A stretch of 64,000 nt of DNA from Candidatus Lustribacter sp. (GTDB lineage Bacteria; Vulcanimicrobiota; Vulcanimicrobiia; Vulcanimicrobiales; Vulcanimicrobiaceae). Position 1 is the first letter of the stretch. Every line of letters starts with the position of its first letter. Both the position numbers and the translations under genes were made by a program. The notes below the pieces were generated by a model. The model saw only the letters and a list, made by a program, of their open reading frames with translations, made no database searches and was not told the DNA's origin. The DNA lies in NCBI GenBank assembly GCA_965277805.1, contig OZ255842.1:3712001-3776000 (forward strand), read 5' to 3'. Positions 54,626 to 63,824 of the stretch are shown here, in pieces.

Positions 54626-55299
54626 ACCGTGACCCTTTCTGGCACCGGCCGCGCGCCGAATATCGCGGTGCCGATGCGTATCATCGTCGACCCGAAAGCG
54701 ATCGCGCGCTCCCAGTCAGCCGACATTCCGAGCGAGAGCGTCGTGCCGCCGACCGCGCCGAAGGCTTCTTGCGCCAGCGCAAACGCGCTGTCGACGTCAC
54801 CTTCGAGCGGACCGATGGCCATCACGCCGTCGACCGTCAAACCTTCATTGCGCAGTGCCTGCGCGAGCTCGGCTGCCCCCGCCGGCGCAACGCCGAAGCG
54901 CTCCGACGGCGAGACGTTCACTTGCACCAGCACGCGCACGGTGCGCCCGAGCGCGCGCGCCGCTTTGCCGATCGCGAGGCCCGCTTCGAGCCGGTCGATC
55001 GATTGCACGACGTCGAACAGGCCGACGATGGCCTTGGCCTTGTTCGTCTGGACGTGGCCGATGAAGTGCCGCGTTACCGGCGGCAAATCGACGTACTTCT
55101 CGCGAGCTTCCTGCAGATAGTTTTCACCGATATCCGGCAGACCAGCGGCAATGGCGGCTAGTACCGCCTCGCGGGGCTGCGTTTTGGTAACGCCGAGGAT
55201 GGCGACGGAGCCGGCGGACCGGCCTGCCGCTTCGGCGACGCGATCGACGCGTGCGCGAAGCATCGCCACGCGCTCGCCGATCGTTGAGGCGAGTGCCAT
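54622..55299 (-). CDS. yggS: PLP homeostasis protein (YggS/PLPBP)
   Basis: GVTKT, GENYLQE, HFIGHVQTNK, SLGMSAD, IRIGTAIFG. Confidence 0.95.
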   Translation of the reverse strand: MALASTIGERVAMLRARVDRVAEAAGRSAGSVAILGVTKTQPREAVLAAIAAGLPDIGENYLQEAREKYVDLPPVTRHFIGHVQTNKAKAIVGLFDVVQSIDRLEAGLAIGKAARALGRTVRVLVQVNVSPSERFGVAPAGAAELAQALRNEGLTVDGVMAIGPLEGDVDSAFALAQEAFGAVGGTTLSLGMSADWERAIAFGSTMIRIGTAIFGARPVPERVTV

Positions 55300-55343
55300 G
55301 GCCGTACATCTTCACCACGCACGCGCAGTGCTCCCGCGCGTTG

Positions 55344-56174
55344 CTACGCCGTGACGGGTTCGACCGGCATGACGACGACGTGGCGATTTTGGCGGATGGC
55401 GACGTAGAGCAGCCATGCGCCGATGAAGACCATCGGCAGCGCGACGAGTTGTCCGCCCGAGAGGCCCATCACCGTGAAGCCCGGTTCGCGCCAAATCTCC
55501 GCCACCGTGCGCGTGATCCCGTAATATGTAAACCAGACCCACGCGACGACACCGTCGGCCGGGCGTTTGCGTAAGATGATCAGGAGCAGCGGGACCGCGA
55601 GGATGTCGAGGATCCCTTCGTAGATCTGCGAGGGATGGCGATAGCCGTCGACGGCCGGGAACTTGATGCACCACGGGTGGTCGGGATCGCAGACCTTGCC
55701 CCAGAGTTCGTCGTTGATGAAGTTCACGACGCGCGTCGTCGCGATGCCCAGCGGAAGCAGCACGACGACCTCGTCGGCGAGCACGTTGAACGTCAGGCCC
55801 GGAAGCTTGCGCAAGAATAGGAAGATCGCGATGATGACGCCGATCAGCGCGCCGTGGAAGGCCATGCCGCCCTTCCAGATCGCAATGAAGTCGATCGGGT
55901 TCGCCAGATAGTCGGCAAAATTGTGGTTCGTGATCACGTCGGCGATGACGAACACCAAGCGGCCGCCGATCAGTACCCCGATCAGGGCGTAGATCAGAAA
56001 ATCCTGTATGTTGTCGGTGGTGAGGCCCATCCGGCGCCGGCCCGCGGGGCGATTCATCCACAAAAAGACGCAAATGAATCCGAACAGGTACGACAGACCG
56101 TACCAGTGCACGGCAAGTGGTCCGAGGCGAAACGCCACCGGATCGATGTTCGGGTAGGTAAACCAATGCGTCAT
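55344..56174 (-). CDS. lgt: Prolipoprotein diacylglyceryl transferase
   Basis: HWYGL, GGRL, GGMAFHG, RVVNFINDELWG, RHPSQIYE. Confidence 0.95.
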   Translation of the reverse strand: MTHWFTYPNIDPVAFRLGPLAVHWYGLSYLFGFICVFLWMNRPAGRRRMGLTTDNIQDFLIYALIGVLIGGRLVFVIADVITNHNFADYLANPIDFIAIWKGGMAFHGALIGVIIAIFLFLRKLPGLTFNVLADEVVVLLPLGIATTRVVNFINDELWGKVCDPDHPWCIKFPAVDGYRHPSQIYEGILDILAVPLLLIILRKRPADGVVAWVWFTYYGITRTVAEIWREPGFTVMGLSGGQLVALPMVFIGAWLLYVAIRQNRHVVVMPVEPVTA

Positions 56175-56239
56175 CGCCCTCGTCCTACGCTGACCGTCAG
56201 CAGGCAGCCTCCGCGTCGCGCGAAAAAGACCGTACACTC

Positions 56240-56965
56240 GTGAACGTCCAGCTCAACGTCGCCACCGCGTTTTTGGCGGGTCTCGTATCCTTCGTCTCGC
56301 CGTGCGTCCTGCCGTTGATCCCGGCCTATCTCTCCTTCCTCACCGGTTCGAGCTTAGAAGAGCTGAAGGCCGAGCAGGACGCAGCGCAGCGGGCCCGGGT
56401 CATCGGGCACGCCGTCGCGTTCATCTGCGGGTTCACGGTCGTGTTCATGGCGCTCGGCTTCACCGCCGGGGCAATCGGCAACGCGCTCTTGCAGTACCGC
56501 GACATCGTGGCCCGCGTCGGCGGCGTCGTGGTCGTGATCCTCGGCCTCAACATGATCGGGGTTTTCAAGATCCCGTTCCTGATGATGGACAAGCGCCCGC
56601 AATGGCGCAGCGCGAACCGTTCCTACCTCGCCTCGTTCGTGGTCGGACTCGGCTTCGCGGCCGGCTGGTCGCCGTGCATCGGCCCGATCCTGGCCGGCAT
56701 CCTCGCGCTGGCCTCGCAGCAGAGCTACGGCGTTGCGACGGGCCTGCTGCTCGTGTACTCACTGGGCCTGGCGGTGCCGTTCTTGCTGACCGCGGCCGCG
56801 ATCTCGCGCGCCCTCGGCGCACTCAACCGCATCAAACGCTATCTCGGCGCGATCGAGATCACCGCCGGCGCGTTTCTGGTCGCCACCGGCATCGTGCTGC
56901 TTACCGGAACGTTTACGCGCATTGCCGGTTGGTTCTACCAGTATGTGAGCCCGCCGAGTCTGTGA
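56240..56965 (+). CDS. ccdA: Cytochrome c biogenesis protein CcdA
   Basis: SFVSPCVLPLIP, GWSPCIGPIL, YSLGLAVPF. Confidence 0.93.
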   Translation: MNVQLNVATAFLAGLVSFVSPCVLPLIPAYLSFLTGSSLEELKAEQDAAQRARVIGHAVAFICGFTVVFMALGFTAGAIGNALLQYRDIVARVGGVVVVILGLNMIGVFKIPFLMMDKRPQWRSANRSYLASFVVGLGFAAGWSPCIGPILAGILALASQQSYGVATGLLLVYSLGLAVPFLLTAAAISRALGALNRIKRYLGAIEITAGAFLVATGIVLLTGTFTRIAGWFYQYVSPPSL

Positions 56966-57435
56966 TTCTCTGGATCGTTGCCGCCCTCGTCTTCCTCCTC
57001 GATCGCTGGACGAAGTCGCTCATCGCCACGCACTTTTATCCCGGTGAGAGCGCGATCGTGGTGCCGCACCTGTTGTGGTGGACGTACGTGCAGAATACGC
57101 ACGGCGCGTTCGGGATGTTCGGCTCGCAGCCGGCGCTCTTGATCGGCCTCGCGCTGCTGGTGCTCGCGCTGTTTGCGTATGCGTTCCGCGACTCCGTGCG
57201 CAGCTCGCTGCTCGTGCGCATCGCCTTCGGCGGCATCGTCGGCGGGGCCGCCGGGAACATCGTCGACCGGCTGCAGCATCAGTACGTGGTCGACTTCATC
57301 GACTTCAAGACGATCTGGCCCAACGTGTTCAACGCCGCCGATTCGTGCATCACCGTCGGCGTGATCGTGCTCATCCTCGCATCGCTGCGCACCGAGCGCA
57401 AAGCGGGGTTAGTGAAGCCGAACGATCCGGTCTGA
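56962..57435 (+). CDS. lspA: Lipoprotein signal peptidase II
   Basis: DRWTK, NTHGAFG, GGAAGNIVDR, VVDFI, FNAAD. Confidence 0.93.
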   Translation: MILWIVAALVFLLDRWTKSLIATHFYPGESAIVVPHLLWWTYVQNTHGAFGMFGSQPALLIGLALLVLALFAYAFRDSVRSSLLVRIAFGGIVGGAAGNIVDRLQHQYVVDFIDFKTIWPNVFNAADSCITVGVIVLILASLRTERKAGLVKPNDPV

Positions 57436-59136
57436 CGGCGGCGGCGCCAGGGGCGATTTTGCGGTGATGTAGGCGTCGAGGGCCTGCAGATCGACCATCC
57501 CGGCGGTCTTGTTGCGTCCTTGACGTAAGACAACATAGCCGTCGCCGCCGTCGGACATGAAGGCATCGACCGTGACTCGGTAGTCGGCGGTCGGGTCGAT
57601 CGGCGCGCCGTTGTACTTCACGCTGCCCGGCACGACTTTGCTCGCGCCGTCGGGTTTGCTCGCGTCCCAGGTGTAGGTGAGGCCCTGCGAGATTCCGAGC
57701 AGCTCGACTTCTTTTTTGCCGATCCACTGTTCGTCGAGCAGCGTGAGGAGCTGCGCGCCGGTCAGCGTTTCCGTATAGAGCAGATCGCCGAACGGCTGGA
57801 CGTTGTATGCGGCCCCGTAGGTGACGTCGCCGCCGTGCAGGAACGAGCGAACGCCACCGCCGTTGATGATGCCGATCGAACCCGGTACGGCAAACGTGCG
57901 CGCGTCCGCGATGACGTCGCCGATCGGGTCCTCGCCTGAACCGCCACGGGCGACCTCGGCACCGTCGAGGGAGATGTCGGCGCTCGCGCGGCCGATCACG
58001 CGGTTTACGAGCGGCGCGGTAGCGCCGTGATAGCGCGTCACGAGCGCGGCAATTGCGTGATTCGGTGCCACGGCGGAAATCGTGGCGGCGAGCGGGTTCG
58101 GCCCGCGATCGTTCACGACCAGGTCGTTGTGCGCACTGATGTTGGCGATCGTGTCCGTCGCGACGTCGAGGTCGACGTTGATGTCGCTGACGATCTGTCC
58201 GTACTTGCCGGCGGAGGTGTAGAACACGTGGGGGTTGGTCGTGCCTTGGCCGCTCGCGCATAGATATGCACGGTGGGTGTGGCCGCTGATGACCAGGCGA
58301 ATCGAGCGATCGAGCTTGTTGAGTTCCGCCAGCAAATCGCCGTCGGCGCCGGCACACGTCGGATCGTTGTATCCGACCGACGTGAAGATCCCCTGATGGA
58401 TCAGCACCACAACCGCGTGGACGCCTTGCGCGTAAATCGACGGGAGCAGCGAGTTGATCGTGTCGGCTTCGTCGGCGAAGTGCAGGCCGCGCACGCCGGT
58501 GGCGGTGGTGACGACGGGTGTGTCGTGCAGCACGACGCCGATGAACGCGATGCCGGCGCGCTTGCCGTTGCCGGCATCGAAGTACTTGATCGCATACGGC
58601 GGGAACAGCGCCTTGCCGGTGGCGTCGTCGATCACGTTGGCGGCGAGATATTTGTATTTCGCGCCGGTGAACGTGCCGTCGATCAAGCATGTGTCGATGC
58701 CGATCGTCCCGCCCGGCCGGCACCCGCCGCGCTGCTTGCGCAACAGCTCGGCTTCGCCTTCGTCGAACTCGTGATTCCCGACCGACGTGTACTCGAGACC
58801 CATTGCGTTCAGGGCTTGGATCGTCGGCTCATCGTGAAAGAGCGCAGAGCCGAGCGGGCTCGCACCGACCATGTCGCCGGCGCCGACCACGACGTTGCGC
58901 GTATTCTCGGCTTTCAACTGACCGATCACCGTCGCCAGATAGGCGGCCCCGCCGACGGGTTCACGGATCGTCTTCGATGCGTCCGCCGGATCAGGCAGGG
59001 CGAACGATTCGGTGGGTTCGAGATAGCCATGGAAGTCATTGATCGCGATCAGCTTGACCGTGATCTGCGCCGGCGCCGGCGCCGCACCGAGAATACCGGC
59101 GACGAGAAGGACGAGCAAGGCACGAACGATACGCAT
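57409..59136 (-). CDS. Secreted 5'-nucleotidase/metallophosphatase
   Basis: Signal peptide; NDFHG, GAGD, GNHEFD, SGHTH, NGGGVR, QPFG, GGDGY. Confidence 0.92.
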   Translation of the reverse strand: MRIVRALLVLLVAGILGAAPAPAQITVKLIAINDFHGYLEPTESFALPDPADASKTIREPVGGAAYLATVIGQLKAENTRNVVVGAGDMVGASPLGSALFHDEPTIQALNAMGLEYTSVGNHEFDEGEAELLRKQRGGCRPGGTIGIDTCLIDGTFTGAKYKYLAANVIDDATGKALFPPYAIKYFDAGNGKRAGIAFIGVVLHDTPVVTTATGVRGLHFADEADTINSLLPSIYAQGVHAVVVLIHQGIFTSVGYNDPTCAGADGDLLAELNKLDRSIRLVISGHTHRAYLCASGQGTTNPHVFYTSAGKYGQIVSDINVDLDVATDTIANISAHNDLVVNDRGPNPLAATISAVAPNHAIAALVTRYHGATAPLVNRVIGRASADISLDGAEVARGGSGEDPIGDVIADARTFAVPGSIGIINGGGVRSFLHGGDVTYGAAYNVQPFGDLLYTETLTGAQLLTLLDEQWIGKKEVELLGISQGLTYTWDASKPDGASKVVPGSVKYNGAPIDPTADYRVTVDAFMSDGGDGYVVLRQGRNKTAGMVDLQALDAYITAKSPLAPPPSDRIVRLH

Positions 59137-59176
59137 CGCACGTGATTCGTCGCATCCCAAGCGGTAACCGGCCCCA

Positions 59177-59204
59177 TGTCATCCCGAGCTTGTCGAGGGA
59201 CCGC
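59177..59204 (+). repeat. REP-like repeat type A
   Basis: TGTCATCCCGAGCTTGTCGAGGGACCGC; flanked by direct repeat AAGCGGTAACC at 59159-59169 and 59224-59234. Confidence 0.9.
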
Positions 59205-59259
59205 GGCCATCGCGCCGGCACGTAAGCGGTAACCCGTCGGCTTTACGCCGAACTCTTTC

Positions 59260-60180
59260 TTGATGTTCACCGTGAGCGAGGAGTCGTCGGGCGGGCGGAT
59301 CGATGTCGAACTGACGCGCCGTACGGGGTTTTCGCGTTCGCATGTGGCCGCGGCAATTCGCGCGGGTGCGGCGGCGGTGAATGGCGAGACCGCGAAGCCG
59401 AGCCGCATTCTCGAGCCGGGGGATAGCGTAACCTATACGATTGACGCGCCGCCGGTACTTGAAGTGCTGCCGCAAGATTTGCCGCTCGATATCGTGTTCG
59501 AAGACGAGACGCTGCTGGTCGTCAATAAGGCAGCGGGGATGGTGACGCATCCCTCGCATGGGTGGGTCGACAATACGCTGGTGAACGCGCTGCTCGCGCA
59601 TACGGGTGCGTTGCCCGGTGATCCGTTGCGGGCCGGGCTCGTGCATCGGCTCGACCGCGATACGTCGGGATTGCTACTCGTGGCGAAGACGGAAGCTGCG
59701 CTGACCACGCTTGGGCGCGCGATGCAGAAGCGCTACATCAAACGCGAGTATCGCGGCATTGTTGCCGGCGTTCCACGCGAGCTCGACGGCGTGATTCGCG
59801 GCGCGATCGGGCGTGATCCGCACAACCGGTTGAAGTATGCGATTCGGGCCGATGGGAAACCGGCGGTTACGCATTATACGCTGCGGCAACGGTTCAAGGA
59901 TGCGACCGAGTTGAATCTAACGCTCGAGACGGGGCGCACGCATCAGATTCGCGTGCATTTTGCGGCGCTCGGGTATCCGATTTTCAACGATCATATTTAT
60001 GGCAAGCTCGATCCGCGCTCGCCGTTGCCGGGGCAGGCGCTGCATGCGTGGCGGCTTGGGTTCAAGCATCCGGTGACGAAAGAGATGCTAACGTTTGAAG
60101 CGGAGCCGCCGGCGGATTATTTGACGACGCTTGCCAATCTTGCGCAAGATCGTGGCGGTCCCTCGACAAGCTCGGGATGA
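59260..60180 (+). CDS. rluD: RluA-family pseudouridine synthase (RluD-like, S4 domain)
   Basis: GRIDV, VNKAAG, VHRLDRDTSG, TGRTHQIRVH, QALHA; tail GPSTSSG is repeat-encoded. Confidence 0.92.
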   Translation: MMFTVSEESSGGRIDVELTRRTGFSRSHVAAAIRAGAAAVNGETAKPSRILEPGDSVTYTIDAPPVLEVLPQDLPLDIVFEDETLLVVNKAAGMVTHPSHGWVDNTLVNALLAHTGALPGDPLRAGLVHRLDRDTSGLLLVAKTEAALTTLGRAMQKRYIKREYRGIVAGVPRELDGVIRGAIGRDPHNRLKYAIRADGKPAVTHYTLRQRFKDATELNLTLETGRTHQIRVHFAALGYPIFNDHIYGKLDPRSPLPGQALHAWRLGFKHPVTKEMLTFEAEPPADYLTTLANLAQDRGGPSTSSG

Positions 60181-60183
60181 CAG
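60152..60183 (-). repeat. REP-like repeat type A spanning the rluD stop and tgt start
   Basis: GTGGCGGTCCCTCGACAAGCTCGGGATGACAG; contains ATGA at 60177-60180. Confidence 0.9.
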
Positions 60184-61310
60184 TGCGCGATAACCTCGCC
60201 ACCGCACCGTTTTTCGTTTTGCATTGCGTCGACGGGGTTGCTCGGCGCGGAACCCTGACGCTGGCGCACGGAAGCGTGGAGACGCCGGCGTTTATGCCGG
60301 TGGGGACGGCTGCGACGGTCAAGGGGATTACGCCGGCGGATTTGCGGGAGATCGGCGCGCAGATCATTCTCTCGAATACGTACCATCTGTGGTTGCGGCC
60401 GGGGCGCGAGACACTGGTCGAGCTTGGCGGGCTGCATCGTTTTATGGCGTGGGATCGCCCGATCCTGACCGATAGCGGCGGGTTTCAGGTGTTCAGCTTG
60501 GAGTCGCGGCGAAAGCTCGATGACGATGGCGTGACGTTTCAGTCGCACCTCGACGGCAGCACGCACCGGTTCACGCCGGAGAACGTCGTCGGGTTTCAAG
60601 AAGCGCTCGGCGTCGACATTGCGATGATGCTCGATATCTGCGTCAAGCTGCCGGCGGCTCCGGATGAGGTCGCGGAATCCGTGCGCCGTACGACGCTCTG
60701 GGCGCGCCGCGGAACGGCCGCTTGGCAACGCGGTGCAACCGCGCTGTTCGGCATCGTGCAAGGCGGTCTCGACGAGCGCATGCGCGAGCAGAGCGCGCGC
60801 GAACTGGTGGCGCTCGACCTTCCGGGATATGCGATCGGTGGGCTCTCGGTCGGCGAATCGCGCGAGGAGATGGCGCAGTTCACGCGCTTCACAGCGGCGC
60901 TCTTGCCCGAGACGAAGCCGCGCTACCTCATGGGTGTCGGTACGGTGCGCGACTTGATCGCCGGCATCGACGGCGGGATCGATATGTTCGACTGCGTCTA
61001 CCCCACGCGGGCCGGACGTCACGGGCGGGCGATCACGCGCTCCGGCGAATACAACATCCGCAACGCGGCGTACGTCCGGGACCAACGCCCGGTCGATCCG
61101 CAGTGTTCGTGCATGGTTTGCACGACGTTCACACGCGCGTATCTCGCGCATCTCTTCCGATCGGAGGAACTCTTGGGTCCGCGTCTGTTGTCGTACCACA
61201 ATCTCGCCGCCCTGGCAGCGCTGATGGCCGATGCGCGCGACGCGATCGCGGCCGGACGCTGGGTGACGTTTCGCGACAGCGCGCTCAACCCGGCGGTAGC
61301 GGCATCGTGA
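60177..61310 (+). CDS. tgt: tRNA-guanine transglycosylase
   Basis: TPAFMPVGT, NTYHL, TDSGGFQ, GIVQG, DMFDCV, CSCMVC...H zinc site. Alternative GTG start at 60183. Confidence 0.96.
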   Translation: MTVRDNLATAPFFVLHCVDGVARRGTLTLAHGSVETPAFMPVGTAATVKGITPADLREIGAQIILSNTYHLWLRPGRETLVELGGLHRFMAWDRPILTDSGGFQVFSLESRRKLDDDGVTFQSHLDGSTHRFTPENVVGFQEALGVDIAMMLDICVKLPAAPDEVAESVRRTTLWARRGTAAWQRGATALFGIVQGGLDERMREQSARELVALDLPGYAIGGLSVGESREEMAQFTRFTAALLPETKPRYLMGVGTVRDLIAGIDGGIDMFDCVYPTRAGRHGRAITRSGEYNIRNAAYVRDQRPVDPQCSCMVCTTFTRAYLAHLFRSEELLGPRLLSYHNLAALAALMADARDAIAAGRWVTFRDSALNPAVAAS

Positions 61311-62071
61311 CGTTCTTCGCGCGCGTGTGTGCGGCGGCGACGGTGCTGTTCGCGCTCGCAACCGCACCGGTGCTGGCCGACAATTCGGCGGGCGCGGGTG
61401 TCGGCATTACGCTCGATCCGATCCTGGGCGGAATCCACGACAGCTTCGACGATCAGATCCATCTGCCGCCGATCCCGGTCCCGCTGCTCGAGGGTGCGGC
61501 GCACTTCAAAAACTTCGAGTTGACCGGCTACGGATTACCGCCGGTCGCCGCGATTCCGTACAACGATGCGATTCAAGGACAGGTCGCGCTGCGGCTCTCC
61601 ATTCTCGACGCGACGCTGCGCGTGTGGGATCCGAGCGGTCATTTCGGCATCGGCGCGGGCGAGACGATCTACAATCAAACGACGCACTACGCAACGTCCG
61701 ACGCCTTCGATGTCTTCGGGCCGGGCGGGGGCGAACGGCAATACTCGCGCATCGCCGGCGCGCACTACGAAGCCGTGGTGCGCCTGCCGTTCCGCGCCGG
61801 CACGCTCGAAACGTCGCTGCGCTACGCGCCCGTGCTGCTCGGCACGCAAGTGACGACCTACGATGACGGCTCGCCGTCGCGCTTCGATCCGGAGCGCGGC
61901 CAGCAGATCGACACGAACATTCGCTACGTGCACCACGTGGGACCGCACATGGACGCGATCCTCGGCGTGCGCTACGTGAACTTCACCGCCGCCTACGACG
62001 TGCCGGGCCATCCGCTCTCCGACCGCAACGCCGCCGTCCTGCCCGCCTTCGGGTACCTCTGGCACCTCTAA
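61307..62071 (+). CDS. Secreted protein, predicted small outer-membrane beta-barrel
   Basis: Signal peptide ending VLA-D; alternating beta-strands; C-terminus FGYLWHL; GTGA-coupled to tgt. Confidence 0.55.
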   Translation: MTFFARVCAAATVLFALATAPVLADNSAGAGVGITLDPILGGIHDSFDDQIHLPPIPVPLLEGAAHFKNFELTGYGLPPVAAIPYNDAIQGQVALRLSILDATLRVWDPSGHFGIGAGETIYNQTTHYATSDAFDVFGPGGGERQYSRIAGAHYEAVVRLPFRAGTLETSLRYAPVLLGTQVTTYDDGSPSRFDPERGQQIDTNIRYVHHVGPHMDAILGVRYVNFTAAYDVPGHPLSDRNAAVLPAFGYLWHL

Positions 62072-62094
62072 ACCCGTTGGCGTATGATGGGGGC

Positions 62095-63207
62095 ATGGAT
62101 ACCATGCACCCCGAGGTCGTTGTTGCCGAAGCGCGCGGTTTGGCGGCGCTCAAGGAGCGCCCGGATGCGGCGATGCAGGCAGCGCTTGCCGCGTTGCCGC
62201 CGCTCTTCTCGACCGACTCGCACGTGATGGAACCGCACGCGGTGTGGGAAGACATGCCGGCGCCGCAGCGCGAGGTCGTGCACGCGTGGTTGAGCGAAAT
62301 CGGGTTCCGCGCCGATAAACTGCCGCCCGGCGCAAGCGATCCGCACGCGCGGCTGCTCGATCAGAAGCGCGACGGCATTCAAGCCGAAATTCTCTTTCCC
62401 AACGACGGCATGTCGGTGTTCGGAATGCCCGATCCGCTCGCGCAGCAGGCGGCGTTTCACGCCTACAACGATTGGCTGGCCGCGTTCTGCAAGACCGCGC
62501 CGCGGAATTTCTTCGGCGTGACGGCCCTGTCGGTGTACGACATCGATGCCGCTGTCAAGGAGATGTATCGCGGGCTCGATTTGGGACTGCTCGGTGCGAT
62601 GGTATGGCAAGTGCCCGATCCGGCGTTGCCGTTCACTTCGCGCCATTACGATCCGCTCTGGGCCGCGGCCGCAGAGGCCGGCGCGCCGGTGCACATGCAC
62701 ATCCTCACCGGCCACTCCTACGCACTCACGCAAAAGAAGGCAGTCGGCGCCGACAAAATTCGCGGCGCCGTGAACAAGAAGCAGAACGACACCGTCAACG
62801 CGCTCTTCGACGTTATTTTCTCGGGCGTGTTCGACCGGCATCCGACGTTACGCATCGTGCTCGCCGAGAGCGAATGCGGCTGGCTGCCGTTCGTGCTGCA
62901 GCAGTGGGACTACTATTTCGAGCGCTTCCGCGCGAAGGAAGACCTCTGCATCACGCGGCTGCCGAGCGAAATCTTCAACGAGCACGTGTACTGCACGTGG
63001 CTCGAGGATTATTCGGGGACGCGGCAGTTTTCGTGGTGGGGTCAGGACAACTTGATGTGGTCCAACGACTATCCGCACTTCAACATGACGTTTCCGTACT
63101 CGCGCGAGAACGTCGTGCATCACATCGGCAATTTGCCGAAAGAGATTCAGCTCAAGCTCATTCGCGACAACGCTATCCGTTTGTATGGCCTTGCGGAGCG
63201 TCTCTAA
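62095..63207 (+). CDS. Amidohydrolase_2 family protein (hydratase/decarboxylase-type)
   Basis: DSHVMEP, AYNDW, YDPLWA, HMHILTG, SGVFDRHP, WSNDYPH. Confidence 0.88.
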   Translation: MDTMHPEVVVAEARGLAALKERPDAAMQAALAALPPLFSTDSHVMEPHAVWEDMPAPQREVVHAWLSEIGFRADKLPPGASDPHARLLDQKRDGIQAEILFPNDGMSVFGMPDPLAQQAAFHAYNDWLAAFCKTAPRNFFGVTALSVYDIDAAVKEMYRGLDLGLLGAMVWQVPDPALPFTSRHYDPLWAAAAEAGAPVHMHILTGHSYALTQKKAVGADKIRGAVNKKQNDTVNALFDVIFSGVFDRHPTLRIVLAESECGWLPFVLQQWDYYFERFRAKEDLCITRLPSEIFNEHVYCTWLEDYSGTRQFSWWGQDNLMWSNDYPHFNMTFPYSRENVVHHIGNLPKEIQLKLIRDNAIRLYGLAERL

Positions 63208-63290
63208 GGGCGACGCTTCGGTTGTACGTACAATGAGCGAGTGAGCGCTTATCCTTGAAGTGATCGGGACCGGACGTCTATAGTAGCGAA

Positions 63291-63785
63291 ATGCGATCCG
63301 CCCTGTTGCTGCTCGCACTGTTGGCCTTATGCGGATGCTCCCTTTCGGCTTCCGAGCTCATGCCGAAGTCGCACGGGCCGTCGGATACGCGAACGGTGCA
63401 TGTCAGTCTCGTCGCGCTCCCGGCCGCGGCGGCGGTCCCGAGGACGGCGCCGGACGCCCTCGATATTTCGTCAGTGGCCCGGTCCGCAGTAAGTATTCCG
63501 CGCGGAATAGCGGACCTCGAACATGCGGTGGTCGTCGCGACGGTGACACTCGGGGCGATCGGTTTGATAAACGCCGCCTTGCTTATTCGGCTGACAACCA
63601 TGCGTCCGCGCGAACGTCTCCGGCCGGAGCCTGAAATAGACGTCGACGTGGCGCCCGCAAAGACGTGTGCTTGCGGCGCGCCGATTTCCATGCGGACGAA
63701 GACGGGCCGCTGCCGGCGATGCGCTCTCGAACATCGGCACAACAACAGCTCGAATGGTCGCCGGGAAACGATCGGACTGTCGTAG
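63291..63785 (+). CDS. Hypothetical lipoprotein-like membrane protein with C-terminal CxC...CxxC motif
   Basis: LLALCGC lipobox-like; TM segment; TCACG...GRCRRC. Confidence 0.5.
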   Translation: MRSALLLLALLALCGCSLSASELMPKSHGPSDTRTVHVSLVALPAAAAVPRTAPDALDISSVARSAVSIPRGIADLEHAVVVATVTLGAIGLINAALLIRLTTMRPRERLRPEPEIDVDVAPAKTCACGAPISMRTKTGRCRRCALEHRHNNSSNGRRETIGLS

Positions 63786-63824
63786 CTCGCGCGCCCAAGC
63801 GGGTATGCATGCGGCATGGGCATT

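Noticed and set aside
59177-60182. Insertion sequence with terminal inverted repeats
   Set aside because: The enclosed ORF is a normal RluD, not a transposase, and the same repeats occur singly elsewhere.
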